From NCBI RefSeq assembly GCF_009914755.1, contig NC_060933.1: a DNA stretch of 64,000 bases. One strand, written 5' to 3'. This DNA comes from the human T2T-CHM13v2.0 reference genome, Homo sapiens. The notes under the pieces are model-generated. The model was not told the DNA's origin and did no database searches. It saw only the letters and a list, made by a program, of their open reading frames with translations. Below are positions 26,241 through 39,590 of this stretch, piece after piece. A program made the translations under genes and the position numbers. How positions within the stretch are numbered: position 1 is the first letter of the stretch; every line of letters starts with the position of its first letter.

Positions 26241-28029
26241 GACTAGAGCAAAAAAAAGGAAAGTAATATTTTAAATTAAAATTTTGCATTGGAAAGCTAT
26301 GCATCACAGTACTTCCAATGGCTATCTTTGGATGATAGATTTACCAACAGTTTTTACTTTCTTCATACTTTTTGTATTTTGTGGGGAAAATTTTATATTA
26401 ACCATATATTGCTTTTATGATAAAACTAATGAATTTATTTTTATTAGGGGAAAATGCATCATGTAACGTTTTCCTTATGTGTATAGTGACCCTTTAAACT
26501 TTTTTAAACTAAAGTTTATTCCTAAATTAGAAGATGCTTATATACAGCAGATTTAAGGGTTTTGTAAACTCACTGAAGTGAAATGCAGTCATAGTTGAAT
26601 TTCTTCTGAACTGTGAAAGGACTCATTTTTAGCTTTGAAAATGATTTAATGTTCAATAAAAACTTTTTTTCTGAAGAGTCAGATATTGAAAACAATGGAA
26701 CAACATGTATAGGTTGTTGAGATAATGCCTGTTTAGAATATTCTGTGCTGTATACTAATGGAGTCATTAAAGAATGAGCTGAAAAGGAGAGCCATATGTG
26801 CAAAGCTGTGGCTTCATGGCTGAAGCTGTGGAAAATGTAAATGTCACATCTATAATGAATCCATGTGTCTTCTACAACTGCCTTAACTCAAGGAAAGTGA
26901 GAGTTAAAAAACAAGATTCTTTTTGGAAATTGTATATGATGTCTTGTATATCAAAGTCTGATGGCAGCAGCTCACTATGTATTTTATGTATTATACCAGC
27001 AGCAGATATTTCAGACATATCAGAAGAAGGTTCTCTTGATTCAGTGTCTCTGGCATATAATAAAAAAGTGGGGGAGAAATTTCTGCAGTCTCTAATAAGC
27101 AATATATCAATGAGTACTGTCAGATTCTGTAGAAAAGTCCACAGCATGATTTATTACATTAATTACAGTCCTGTGGGTTTCATGCTGCTAAGCCGGCAAA
27201 TGCAGCTACATTCTAAAGTTGATTTAAGAATATATTTTGGCCGAGACGAAAGTGCTTCTTATTGTGATTAATATAGTACAATATTTATTCTCTTGTTCTA
27301 CTCTTCTTTCACCTTGGCTGTAGCACAGAATGCTTAATTTCTTTTCTGTGACTTGGAACTGGAATTCACTTTTAGTTTTGAGGAGCTTCATCTAGTTATT
27401 TATCCGCACCTGTCATCTGGTCTCCTTTTTGCCTTTTTGTGTCTTGGTAGATTCACCTAATGTTGCATCTCCTCCACGTGTGAAGCCTGTTTGAATTCAC
27501 TCCCTTCTAGCACAGCAGGGCTGTCCTCAGGCTTGTTAGGTCACACCTGCAATGTTACGTCTCTTTTTGAGGGGAAGGAACCATTGAGGAAAAACTTCAT
27601 TGTTGTAATTTAATTTTTAAAAAGTAGCATTCTTAAAGGGGAGCATTCTCTGATTCTACCCTTGTTTAGAACTGTACTGAATTCATACAGTCACATAGTG
27701 TCTCTTCTTACAGTGACACAATTAGCTTATCAAATCACAGAATTTTCAGCTTTATGGAATGGACGGTCTCCTAAAAGCTGTTTTAGATATAGATATTAAC
27801 TCTGGTTGTTCACATATGTCCATGGCAGGATATTCTTTTATATTAAATACATGAATGCCTGACTTCAGTAGCCTTTGTAGAATCTAGCTTGGAATAATTA
27901 GCAAATATTTGCCAGAAATTAAAGTAGCAATAGAGGAGGAGCTCGGGCTAGGTAGGAAGACTTTGATTTCATGAGTTGGAACACATTTTCTAAGCAGCAG
28001 TATGTTTAAAGAGTTGAACTAGATGACTT

Positions 28030-28255
28030 ATATGTCCAACACTGAGCTAAGTGGCTTACTTTCCTATTGTATTTGATCTTCATACAACTCTTAAGAGATA
28101 GGTACAGTTTATACCCATTTTACAATTGAAGAAACCAAGGCTTAGTTTACAGCACTTTCACAGATTTCACATAGCTCATTAAGTGGCAGAGCTGGAAGTT
28201 GAACCCAGGCATTCTTGTTGGCAGAGCTGGAACCTTTAACCATTGGCTATGCTAC
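28030..28255 (-). mobile_element. MIR
   Basis: cccattttacaattgaagaaaccaaggc...aagtggcagagctggaagttgaacccagg. Confidence 0.85.
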
Positions 28256-28624
28256 CTGTGTCAGGTACCCTGAAAGGCGTCAGCTAAGATAAGAATTGGA
28301 AAATGGTCTTTGGCCATTAAGTAGACAGTTTTGAACTTAAGAATAACTTTAGAGAAGTTAAGAAAGAAAATATCTGAATCTAGTGGGTTTCAGAAAGAAT
28401 TCCTTAACTCATTATTTTGTCTAATAATAGGACCAGTCAGTCCAGCATGATTGTTGTTACTGTTTTTCACTGAACAAAAATCATTTAAATAAACATTATT
28501 TAACAGCTATTCTGCCTGGGAAATAAAAACTTTCAGACCAGAAAATCTGCTATTCCAGCAGTGTGGCAGGAGTTGGGTCTAAAGCTTATTTGAAAGGAGG
28601 AGTCGTTTTCTAGGTCTTCTTCGG

Positions 28625-28705
28625 CACTGTGTCTCAAAGTGTGGCTTAGTAGACCACACTGATATTAGACCTATCTGGGGACTTGTTAAAAATGCAGACT
28701 CCTCC
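28625..28705. mobile_element. MER5A fragment
   Basis: tctcaaagtgtgg...ctggggacttgttaaaaatgcagactcc. Confidence 0.65.
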
Positions 28706-30149
28706 TTTGACCATAAGTTGATTCCATGTTCTGAGGATCTGCAAGGTCAGTGCCTGGTCTCCTGTACACATTTGATGTCTCACCCCCACCTTGCAGCACG
28801 CGCAGTGCCTGATTTAATGAATATATGAAGACCACAGTTGATACAGATGAGAAAGCGGAGGAAGCTTTTTCCCTGTTCTTTAGGACCATGTGTTGGTTTA
28901 ATAAGTACTGGTAAATTTTGTGTTCTATTTCTGTTTTCTAAATTTTTATTAAGGAGAAAATTCCTCAGAGGCTGTAGAGTCACATAGCATACATCCAAGA
29001 GAAATGAGCAGATGACTAATGTTTATTTAAGTGATTCTGCTTCAGTGAAAAATGCTATCAAGAATCATACTGGACTAACATACTATCGTTCCAAATTTTA
29101 GAGCTCCTGAACATGTATGTAAGAAATGTGTTTTACTTCCACTATTGGAAAAGATTAACCAAGCATAAAAATAATTTGCTGGTCAGATAGCTATAATAGC
29201 TTACAAATCAGGCTTCAATTAGTAATGTTAACTATCCTAGAAAACAGCCTTTGTTTTAAAGTTCTAGGAGAAAACATAATATGCAAGGAGTTGGGTGTTT
29301 AAAAAAGAAAGAAGATATTGACTTTTTAATTATATTTTATGGTAGTTATAAGGTTGTTACAATTAATTTTCCACTTTTAAAGTAAATATAGCTTACTGGG
29401 TTTTTTCCCCCAAAAGATTGCAGGTATTAGGAGCTATTGCTATAATATTTTCAAAAATGAAACACGAATGTTGGCAAATATGATTTTTGTAACCACTAAC
29501 AAATAAAATTGAAGTTGGCCTATTTCGTACGATCACTAACCAGGGATCATGTTTTTTAAAATACCAAGATCGTTTCCCTGAACATGAAAGGAGTCATAAG
29601 AAAATTTGATTTCTTTCAGATGAATGCATCTATGGAAGAAGTTAGTACAGTACCTAATAGACAACATCGTAACATCAGCATAATCTCTTTTTTAAAAGGA
29701 GGTTGAAGGGAGAGTGAGGGAGCTATCCATTGGTTTTATGGGTTATGTTCATTCTGGTATGGACTTTAGTTGAAGTATTATTTGTTTTTTTCCTTATTCT
29801 GTTAGTAAGATAAAGATATTGTCTTGTAGTAATTTGTGTGATGGCCAACGGGTCCTTAATTCCTAAGGAACTATCCCTGGGAGAAGCTTCCAGCGGCCTC
29901 ATAAGTCATTTTAATACCATTTTTACAGATGTCCACACCACCTTCCCTGACTCTCTGAAGGGTCCTAACAAAGAATAAGGTGATTATGGAATTCTCACTG
30001 TGAGTCCCAACATTTAATTTTATGCCACTCACTTTTGTTTTTAATGCTTTCTAAATACAATCAGTATGGTTGGTCTGAAGTGGATAAGTGAAGTGAAGTT
30101 GTGTAATTACACATGGAGTTATCTCCGTAACCTCCCTTTCTGCTTTGGT

Positions 30150-30330
30150 GTTAATTCAGTCAACAAATACTTATTGAATCCTACTACTTTTTTCAAGTGC
30201 TTTTCTAGACCCTGGGAATAAAGCAGTGAAACCTCAGCTCTTTTGGAGCTCATGGTCCATTGGGGAGAGATAGACACAAAACAAGTAAACAAAGAGATGT
30301 ATGGAAGAAGTAACAAATAGATGTATGGAA
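30150..30330 (-). mobile_element. L2 3' end
   Basis: ttcagtcaacaaatacttattgaatcctact...ctgggaataaagcagtgaa. Confidence 0.8.
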
Positions 30331-32061
30331 GAACTTAACAGCAAAGGAAGAATAAGGAATGTTAGAGGTAGAGAAATGGGTGTTGATTTATTTTTTTTTA
30401 AAGCACCTTATTCAAGTGTTTGGCATTTGGAGGTTTTTGCATTTAACATATTCAGTCTCTTCTCCTTGCATATGTATTGATATTACTATAAAAACATTTC
30501 ATGTGGCTATCCCATTGGTCTAGCTTTATTCCCCTACCCCAAAATCAGGATTGGTGTCTTACAGCCTATGAGCACAAGCCAGACTCATTCCCATGTCTTT
30601 CCCTTTGCTCGTGCAGCTTCGTCCTAAGATGCCCTATCCTACTGCCCTTCCTAAACAAATGATACCCATCCTTTAAAACCAACCCAAGTCCCACCCAGTT
30701 CCACCATGGATTAGAGCCCCCATACAGCTTAAGCTCTATTTGACTTCTCTCTCCTCTCCCTCTTTCTGAATTCCTATAGGGCCTAGAGCCCACACCATAA
30801 ACTCAATGCATAATTGCACAGTGCCATGTGTGGTCTTTTTAATTTGTTTTATGTGTATTAATCATCTACCTATGATGTAATGTTCATAACCATCAGGGAC
30901 TTACCTTTGACTACATCCCACAGGTCTTCTTGAAATGCCAGGGGGCACAGTGGGTACTCACAAATGTGGATTAAATATTTATCTCAGCTGCAACTTCATA
31001 AATATAAATCTGCTCGCCAGATTTCTTTTTACTTTTCAAATTTAAAATACATTCTTATTTAATAAGCTCATGGACTTATCAGTCACTGGTATGTAAAGAG
31101 AATTCAGACATCATTTCTTTTCTTTATCAAGTGAAAAATGAGACAAAATAGTCTTCTCTTAAATGAAAATAGTAAAGAAAATGTTTCTTATTGCTTCAAA
31201 TGTATTGCTTTAATAAAATCACAGAGGAATGTGATAGCCAAGTTTGTTTTTATTTTAAATTGGGTACTGTAGCAATAGAAGCAAATGGATCTGAATTTAA
31301 ATCTAACATAAATCTCCCCAAATTAAATGAGAACATAAGATACTGCACTAATTATGTGTTTTTCCATGCCATCTTCTAACAAGAGAGGAAATAATTAGAT
31401 TAATGGGGCATGGAGACTATGTAAATAAGTACAGAAAAGCTGTCTGGATAAAAACTTAACTCAGGCTATCCTGAGCCAGTGCTGAGGCTGTTCCTGAGAC
31501 CCCTCTCCAGGTCACAAATCTCTTAGAAGTCATTAACCTAAAACTTTTCGATCTGTCGGCTACATTTACTGAAGGCTCATTTTCACTGTGCTGGATTTTG
31601 TGGGATGGCTTCTCCTTTAGAGAAGCTTTGAGTAAATTTAAGTGGTACTTGTGAATGGTACAGGCAAGAAATACAACCTTTCATTCAAAGAACTAAGGTC
31701 ACCTATACCTTCTTTAAGAGAATCTATCCAGTCTTCCTGTTTATAAGCAAAACCAAACTAGTGATGCAGTGACAGCAAGGACTGCTAAAATAGTAGCCCA
31801 GCAGGCTATAACAGGTAGGTAGAAGGGAGCTAACGTAAATGCAAGTTCTAGAGGAAAGACATTTTTAATATGCATTTTTGAAAACCATGCATGTCCAGAA
31901 GTTCTCCCCTTCTTATCATACTCAAGTGAAAGCTTGGGATGTTCATCCTTTGAAATATATGTGGTGGATCTTTGCATTTAAAATTCAGAACATATGCTGA
32001 GTACTCTGGATTCACAGATGACAAAGACGTGAAAAATAATTGACTTAACAGGGCGTGGACA

Positions 32062-32276
32062 CTATATATATATAATAAATATTTTATATACTATATAAAT
32101 ACATATTTTATATAATATATATTTTAATATATGTTTATATATTTTTATATATTATATATTTTATGTATAACATATTTTTATATGTTATATATTTTATATG
32201 TTTATATACATTATGTATTTTTATATATTTATATTATATATATAAATTTGTATATATATATTTAGAGAGAGAGAGA
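32062..32276. repeat. Degenerate (TA)n low-complexity tract followed by (GA)n
   Basis: About 200 bp of almost pure A/T ending tatatatttagagagagagag. Confidence 0.95.
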
Positions 32277-32739
32277 AGCTGTCTGCTTTAACACTTTGCT
32301 AAAGCTGTCTCTAAGCATTTCTTTCTCCTGGAGGAGGTCACAGCCTAACACAGAGGTTTGAAATGGACACAGGTAACTATGTAGGACAATGTAAGTCTAA
32401 TCACCTGCTGTTTCCTGGTTCTTTAATATTTAGATAAGATTAGCTTGAATCTCTCTTCCACAGTTTTTACAAACTATGATTTTTTGCTGGGGCTGAGGAT
32501 GGGTTGGGGAAAAGTGAAGTGGTGGTTGACTTGGATGTTCTCCTGTTCCCTCTGCCTCTGACCTCCTGCTTCCACTGAGGTAATTGAGGTTATGGATCAT
32601 TTCGTTTTCTGAGAATATTTCATACCAGGTCATCTAGACATCAGCCCAGCCCCTGCCCTTCCTACTTACACAAAGCAGAGTTTATTGAAGATTTTCTTAA
32701 TATGGGAGAAAATGGGTAGGTTTGTATCATAACAGAGCA

Positions 32740-33480
32740 ATGCAAATCTGACCATGTACTTTTCTGACCAACTAGTTTTCTTAGGATAAAACACAAGGCC
32801 CTGCATGACCTGGCCCCAGTGGGCTTTCAAAACCTGTCCTCATACCATTCTTGCTCTTAGTCACTTCACTCCAGGCACAGTGATACTCTTTCAGTTTCTC
32901 AAATTTTGTTTCCATTGCAGGAACTTCTCATATGCTGTTCCCTCTACTGCTCCTCCTTCTGCTCTTTGCGTGACTGGCTTTTCATTTTTAGGTCTTAACT
33001 AAAAGATATTTTTAGAGAGGACTTCCTAGAATATCCATCCTTAAATGTGTCACTTATCCTCTCTGATAACACCCATTATTTTTCTTCATAGCACTTCTGC
33101 CAGTTTGTCCAAGATTTTCTTATTTGTATTCTTGTCTGTTTTCCACCACCAGATGGTAAATTCCACAAATGCAAGACTGTTTCCCTTATATCCATCTCTG
33201 TAGACCCAGCCTACTTAATTCCTGACATGTATCAGTTACTCAGTCAGTGTGCTTGAGTGAATGAATGAGGTAGCTCGGCAGGACCTGATTGATTAGGTGT
33301 AGCAGAAAGGGAGAGCAGGTATCAAGGATGGTGTGCAGGTTTCAGGCTTCAGCACCTGGGTAGGTGGTGGAAACACTGAGTAGGTGGATGGGCAAGTTTG
33401 GGGACAGATCCTAAGTTACATCTTAGGTCTGGGTACAGATGTTGATTAGGCTTTTGGGTACATAGGTTCACGGGAGCCAT
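32740..33480. mobile_element. L2 fragments in both orientations
   Basis: aaggccctgcatgacctggcccc ... gagtgaatgaatga (+); tcaaggatggtgtgcaggtttcaggcttcagcacctgggtaggtggtgg (-). Confidence 0.75.
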
Positions 33481-34257
33481 AAGAAACATTCTGCTGCCTG
33501 CCCATTAAAATTTCATTTCTAATTGTTAAATAAATACCTGATCTGCTTAGAAAAAAAAATTTGTACTTGCATATTTGTAGTTGCCATTCAGTTTTCTAGA
33601 CCTTTGGGATTTTACCCATATTCAGTTTTTAAATGTGTTATTAATCACAGCTTCCTTAATGAGACCATTTTGCCCATCTCAATGCATATATTTCTCATTA
33701 GTAACAATGACTCATTCAGTTCACCTGCTAAACTATATACATACTTCAGAAAATTAAGTCATTTTTATAGTATATCTTCTTTTATGTTGAGAAAATTTTT
33801 TATCATCAGCATTAGATAAAACAACAGCTATTTAGAGTTCAAGTTATATTTCTTACCATGTACATTCAAAGAAAATTTCAATGAAGTTTGTCCACTGAGT
33901 TACTGATGAACACCCAGATCTTCAGGATTAAAACCCTTCTTTATAGATCAGAAAGCATTGTGATTAGAAAGCTTTCAACAGACATTTATGGGATCCCTGT
34001 AAAATCCAAAGCACCAAGTTAGGGACTAGAAGTTACAGCAATCTCATTCAAATGCTGAGAACTGGATCAGAATTCTGGCTTTGAGAACACAGAACAAAGA
34101 TGTTTCAGCCACTTCTCTTGGAAATCATTTCACAAATATTTTCTTAAATAAAACTGAAAGTCTTCTGTAACCCAGAACCATAGTATATAAAGAAGGGGTG
34201 CTGAATGCAGTGATGAGACTGGAATTTGAATATGGCGTCAAGAGACATGGGTGCCAG

Positions 34258-34532
34258 GGGCTGTGGTTCATGCCTGTAATCCCAACACTTTGGGAGGCCG
34301 AGGTGGGCAGATCACCTGAGGTCAGGGGTTCCAGACCAGCCTGACCAATATGGCGAAACCCCATCTCTACTAAAAATACAAAAATTAGCCGGGTGTGGTG
34401 GTGCACATCTGTAGTCCCAGCCACTCAGGAGGCTGAGGCGAGAGAATCGCTTGAACCCAGGATAGCGCCACTGCACTCCAACCTGAGCGACACAGCAAAA
34501 CTCTGTCTCAAAAAAGAAAAAAGAAAAAAAAA
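34258..34532 (+). mobile_element. AluS with an internal right-arm deletion
   Basis: gaacccag joins directly to gatagcgccactgcac. Confidence 0.95.
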
Positions 34533-35593
34533 AGGCGTGGGAATGTAGATTTCAGATGGAAGTGAGAGAGAGACCTCAGTTTTCCACTGAGGTGGTCCAT
34601 GCTCAGTGGTAAAATAAACGTTCCCTTTTGAAGAACTGGAATGGGGAACTTAGGTTGGTGGTGAGAGCTTCCCTGTGCCCTGTTTGACACCAGAGAGTAG
34701 CATAGGAGGCAGAGCTGAGTAAAGAAACACCTATACACTTGCCAACTTTGAGGGAAGTGGTCTGCCGGTGAGACAAGGCAATGGGGAGATACTTGAATTT
34801 ATGGCTTGAAAGGATATACTCTGTACCAGAAAAAAAGACTAATGTACAATGATCAGCACTGAGACATTTCCTAGTAAAGTTATTGCCCCTCATTGATAAA
34901 AAGATAATCATTTAGATATCCAAGACAAAAAAAAAAAAAAAAAAGGCAAAGGCAATCCAGAGACCTGTAAAGGTGGAAGATAATGCTGACCATTGGCTTT
35001 TCTAAGACAACATTGAGTTCTAAAAGACAGCTGAACAATGCCACTAATGTTCGGGCTTGGGGGAGAATGAGTATGAGTGGAGAATTTTGAACCTAATCAA
35101 ACTGTTGCTCAGTTATAAAAGCAATAAAAGTGTAAAGATATTCTCAAGAACTTAGGACCTCAGGAAACAGTTTTCATAAATACTATTTGAATAAGCTGTT
35201 AGAGGACAAACTTAGCCAGCTGAGAGATGGAGAGTGGCAAAACACTTGAGGTAAGTTTTGATTCCCTCCATTTAATTACAAGACTGAGACCAAAATGTGG
35301 GAATTATGGTTAAAAACATTATTTTAAATTATTTCTAAATATTTATGGTAATTATTTTAAACCATGACAATGAAGAAATGTCTAATTGTTAAAAGTTGGG
35401 AGGGTAGTAAGTGGGAAATAGTATAAAACAAGATTCAAAAGATATTTAAACTAATAATTTAAACTAATAATTAAACTAATAGTGTTTATAAACCTTTGAT
35501 GGTATAACAGGTAACATTAGAAAAACTAAATAATATGATTAAAAGCTAACAATTACATAGACCAAGAAAAATAATGTAATGGAAAAATGATTA

Positions 35594-36076
<483 letters not shown>

Positions 36077-36734
36077 TTATGATATGATGCAAAGTTATAA
36101 CAACAGTGATAACACTAGAAAAATTTACAGTAGAATATAAACTGGAAAAAGTTTCTTTACTCCTAAAAGGAGATACTGAAATAGTCTCTTTTCAGCCTCT
36201 GGCTGTTGTTTTTCTGCCTGAGATGAAGCCAACAGAAGGAGGAGGATTTGGCCAACAGAAAGAGGAGCTGAGCAAGAGCCCTGATGCAACAATGGAAACA
36301 GAGAGCTTGACATATATTCACATATATCTTATGTGTATTCATAAAATCACAATATAACTATAAACTCTGTAGAGACTCTCAGATTAGATCGCAAGTTACC
36401 TGCTGTGCAGGTAACTGCTATCAAATGATATATGCGTTTCTGAAAACAGTTGACACTCTAAAAAACAATGGAGCTATAGGGCACACTACTTAAATTCGAC
36501 GTAACTTTATAATCAGATAACTAACAAAGCTAATTCTAATAAAATACTAGTATAGTTTAAAGGACATGATAAATTTTTGATAAATAAGCACAAGTTGCAG
36601 TAAATATAGGAATTTACTGTAAAAAATTTTAAGGTGAAGTTATGTGACTAGAAAAGGATGTAAGGAAAATTGAAACTTGAATTACAGAGGCAAGTGCAAA
36701 ATGCACAGAGATTGGGAAACTTTATATATACGTA

Positions 36735-37029
<295 letters not shown>

Positions 37030-39307
37030 AGAAAACCCATATATTAAATGACCAAATTGAGCCAAGGAGAAGAAAAGTGGAGAGAATGGACATCTTGTAT
37101 AATACCCTATTCTTCCACAGTGCATTACCTTCTGCTGTGTTGGAACACTGGTGAAAAATCTCAGTAAAATGTCCAAAGTAGAAAATAGTTGGAATAATAT
37201 TTCAGAACACAATGAAGCAAAATTAGACATTTTTAACAAAATTAGGAAATGAAATGAACCTACCTCCTGGAAATGTTATAACACTAAATTTTTTTTTGAT
37301 TCAAAAGTTTTTATTATGAAATCAATAATGCAGAGTAACTAGATAAAAATAATCATGATGACAATAATAGCATTATATAGCAAAACCTAGAGATGCAGAT
37401 AACCCAGTACTCAGAGGAAATTTATATACTTAAAAATTTTATTAATATAAATAAGTAGGAAAAGAAATTAAGCATCCAATTCAAGAGGTTAGAAAAAAAG
37501 ATTTAAAGCAGAAGGAAAGATAGTTAACAAAAACAGAGTATTAGAAAAAAGTAGAACCAATGAAAAAATATCCAAAATCTAAATCTTTCAAAACACGAAT
37601 AAAGTAAACTGGTAGATAACCAAAAGGGGTATGGAGGAGAGATTAAGAAGAGGAAGCATAGATATAGAAGACAATAAATGAAAATGAGAAGTAATCACGG
37701 GCCCCCCAAAAATTGAAATTATCATAAGACATTACTTTATACAACTCTATGCAAATCACCTTAAAAGCTTGGAAGAAGTAGATGATTTTCTAGAAACTGT
37801 AAATTAACAAAGAGCTAAGCCTCTTCTCCTCACAACCCCTCCAGGACACATACAGAGAGCATCAGACCTAGATGGTTCCACACGTGAATTCTACCAGAAT
37901 TTCAAGTATAGTTAATACTTTCAAATCGTTTTCTTATGCCAGCAGAACTATAATGGTAATATGTAACAGAAATAACATAAAATAGACAAAATTTGCTTAT
38001 GAATACCAGTGCAGAAATACTAAATAAAGTATTAACATGCAGAATTCAACAGAGCATTAAAGGAATATACCACAAGCAAGTGGGATTCATAACAAACATT
38101 AAATAATGCTTCTACATTAGGAAATCTTTTAATAGAGCAAAAGAAAAATTGTATCTTCTCCATAGATGCTGAAAACCCATTTGATAAAATTTAACATGAA
38201 TTTTTTAAGAAATGCCTTATTAAAATATGAATAGGAAATTCTTTAATAAGTCTTAAATTGATCCATATCAATATATCTGTATCATTTAACCCCAAGGTTA
38301 TCATTGTTCTTTAAAGTAAAACGCTGGGAGATTTTCTCATTAATATCAGTAATGAGCCACAACCTATCACTGTTTTTTAACATGTTCTAGAGGTACCTAT
38401 TTTGGAAGTACTTAGAAAACAAAACGCTATATGGAGCATAAACATTGAAAAGAAGTGATAAAATTACCATTTTTGCAAATGATGTAATTGTATACTTGGA
38501 ATGCTTGGATTATATACTTGCAGAACCCAAGATTATCAACTAAAAATCTTGGGTAAGTTGGTTGGGTACAATACAAATATACAACAGTTAGTGACCTTAT
38601 ATACAATTAACAGTTAGAAAATAAACTGGAAAATTTCCATTTGCAGTAAGAATAGCATTACAGAAAATACCCAGGAATAAATAAATTTAACAAAACTCTT
38701 TAAGATTTAAAAAAAAAAAATTGGGGTGGGGAGAAAATCAAAAAGCTGTTTGGGAGATGCAGAAGATATGAAAAATGAACAATATGGCAATAATCTATTC
38801 TTATAGAGGAAGATTCCCAATCATAAGTATGTCAGGTTTTCCTAAACTTAGTATACATTTAATTTTATCAGTGCAAATACCAACAGGATTTTTAAAATGA
38901 TAGGAGCTGATTCTAAAGCTTATTTGTTATACAAAAGTTTTAAAATATCCTGGAATGTTCTGAAATAATAGAGTAAGGAGGGGATTGAATAGGCTTGTCA
39001 ATTATTAAGACAAATTTTTATTATACCTAATTTTAAATAGTAGTATACTTTGCCCTAATAAGGATACTAGTTAATGGAATAGAATTAAAGATTCAGAATA
39101 GACCCAAATACATTTAGGAATTTAGCATATGATAAAGATGCCATCACAGTGAGGAAAAATAGAGTCACAAAGACAAACTAAAAAAAGAAAAATATATATT
39201 ATTGACAAAGGGTTAAATATATATTAAAAAATGTTTATAATACATAATATGTAATAAGGCTAAATTAATAATATGTAAATAGTAGATATTAAGAATTAAG
39301 ACTTTCT

Positions 39308-39590
39308 AGGCAGGGTGGCTCACACCTGTAATCCCAATGCTTTGGGAAGCTGAGGTGGAAGAATTGCTTGAGTGCAGGGGTTTGAGACCAACCTGGACAA
39401 CTTCGTAAGACCCCCATCTCTAACAAAAAAAAAACATGTATTTTTTTAATTAGCCAGGTGTGGTGGTTTGTGCTTGTAGGCCCAGCTACGTTGGAGGATT
39501 GCTTGAACCCAGGAGGACAAGGCTGCAGTGAGCTGTGATCACATCACTGCATGCCAGCCTGGGTCGCAGAGTGAGACCCTGTCTCAAATA
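39308..39590 (+). mobile_element. AluJ
   Basis: Diverged dimer. Confidence 0.93.
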
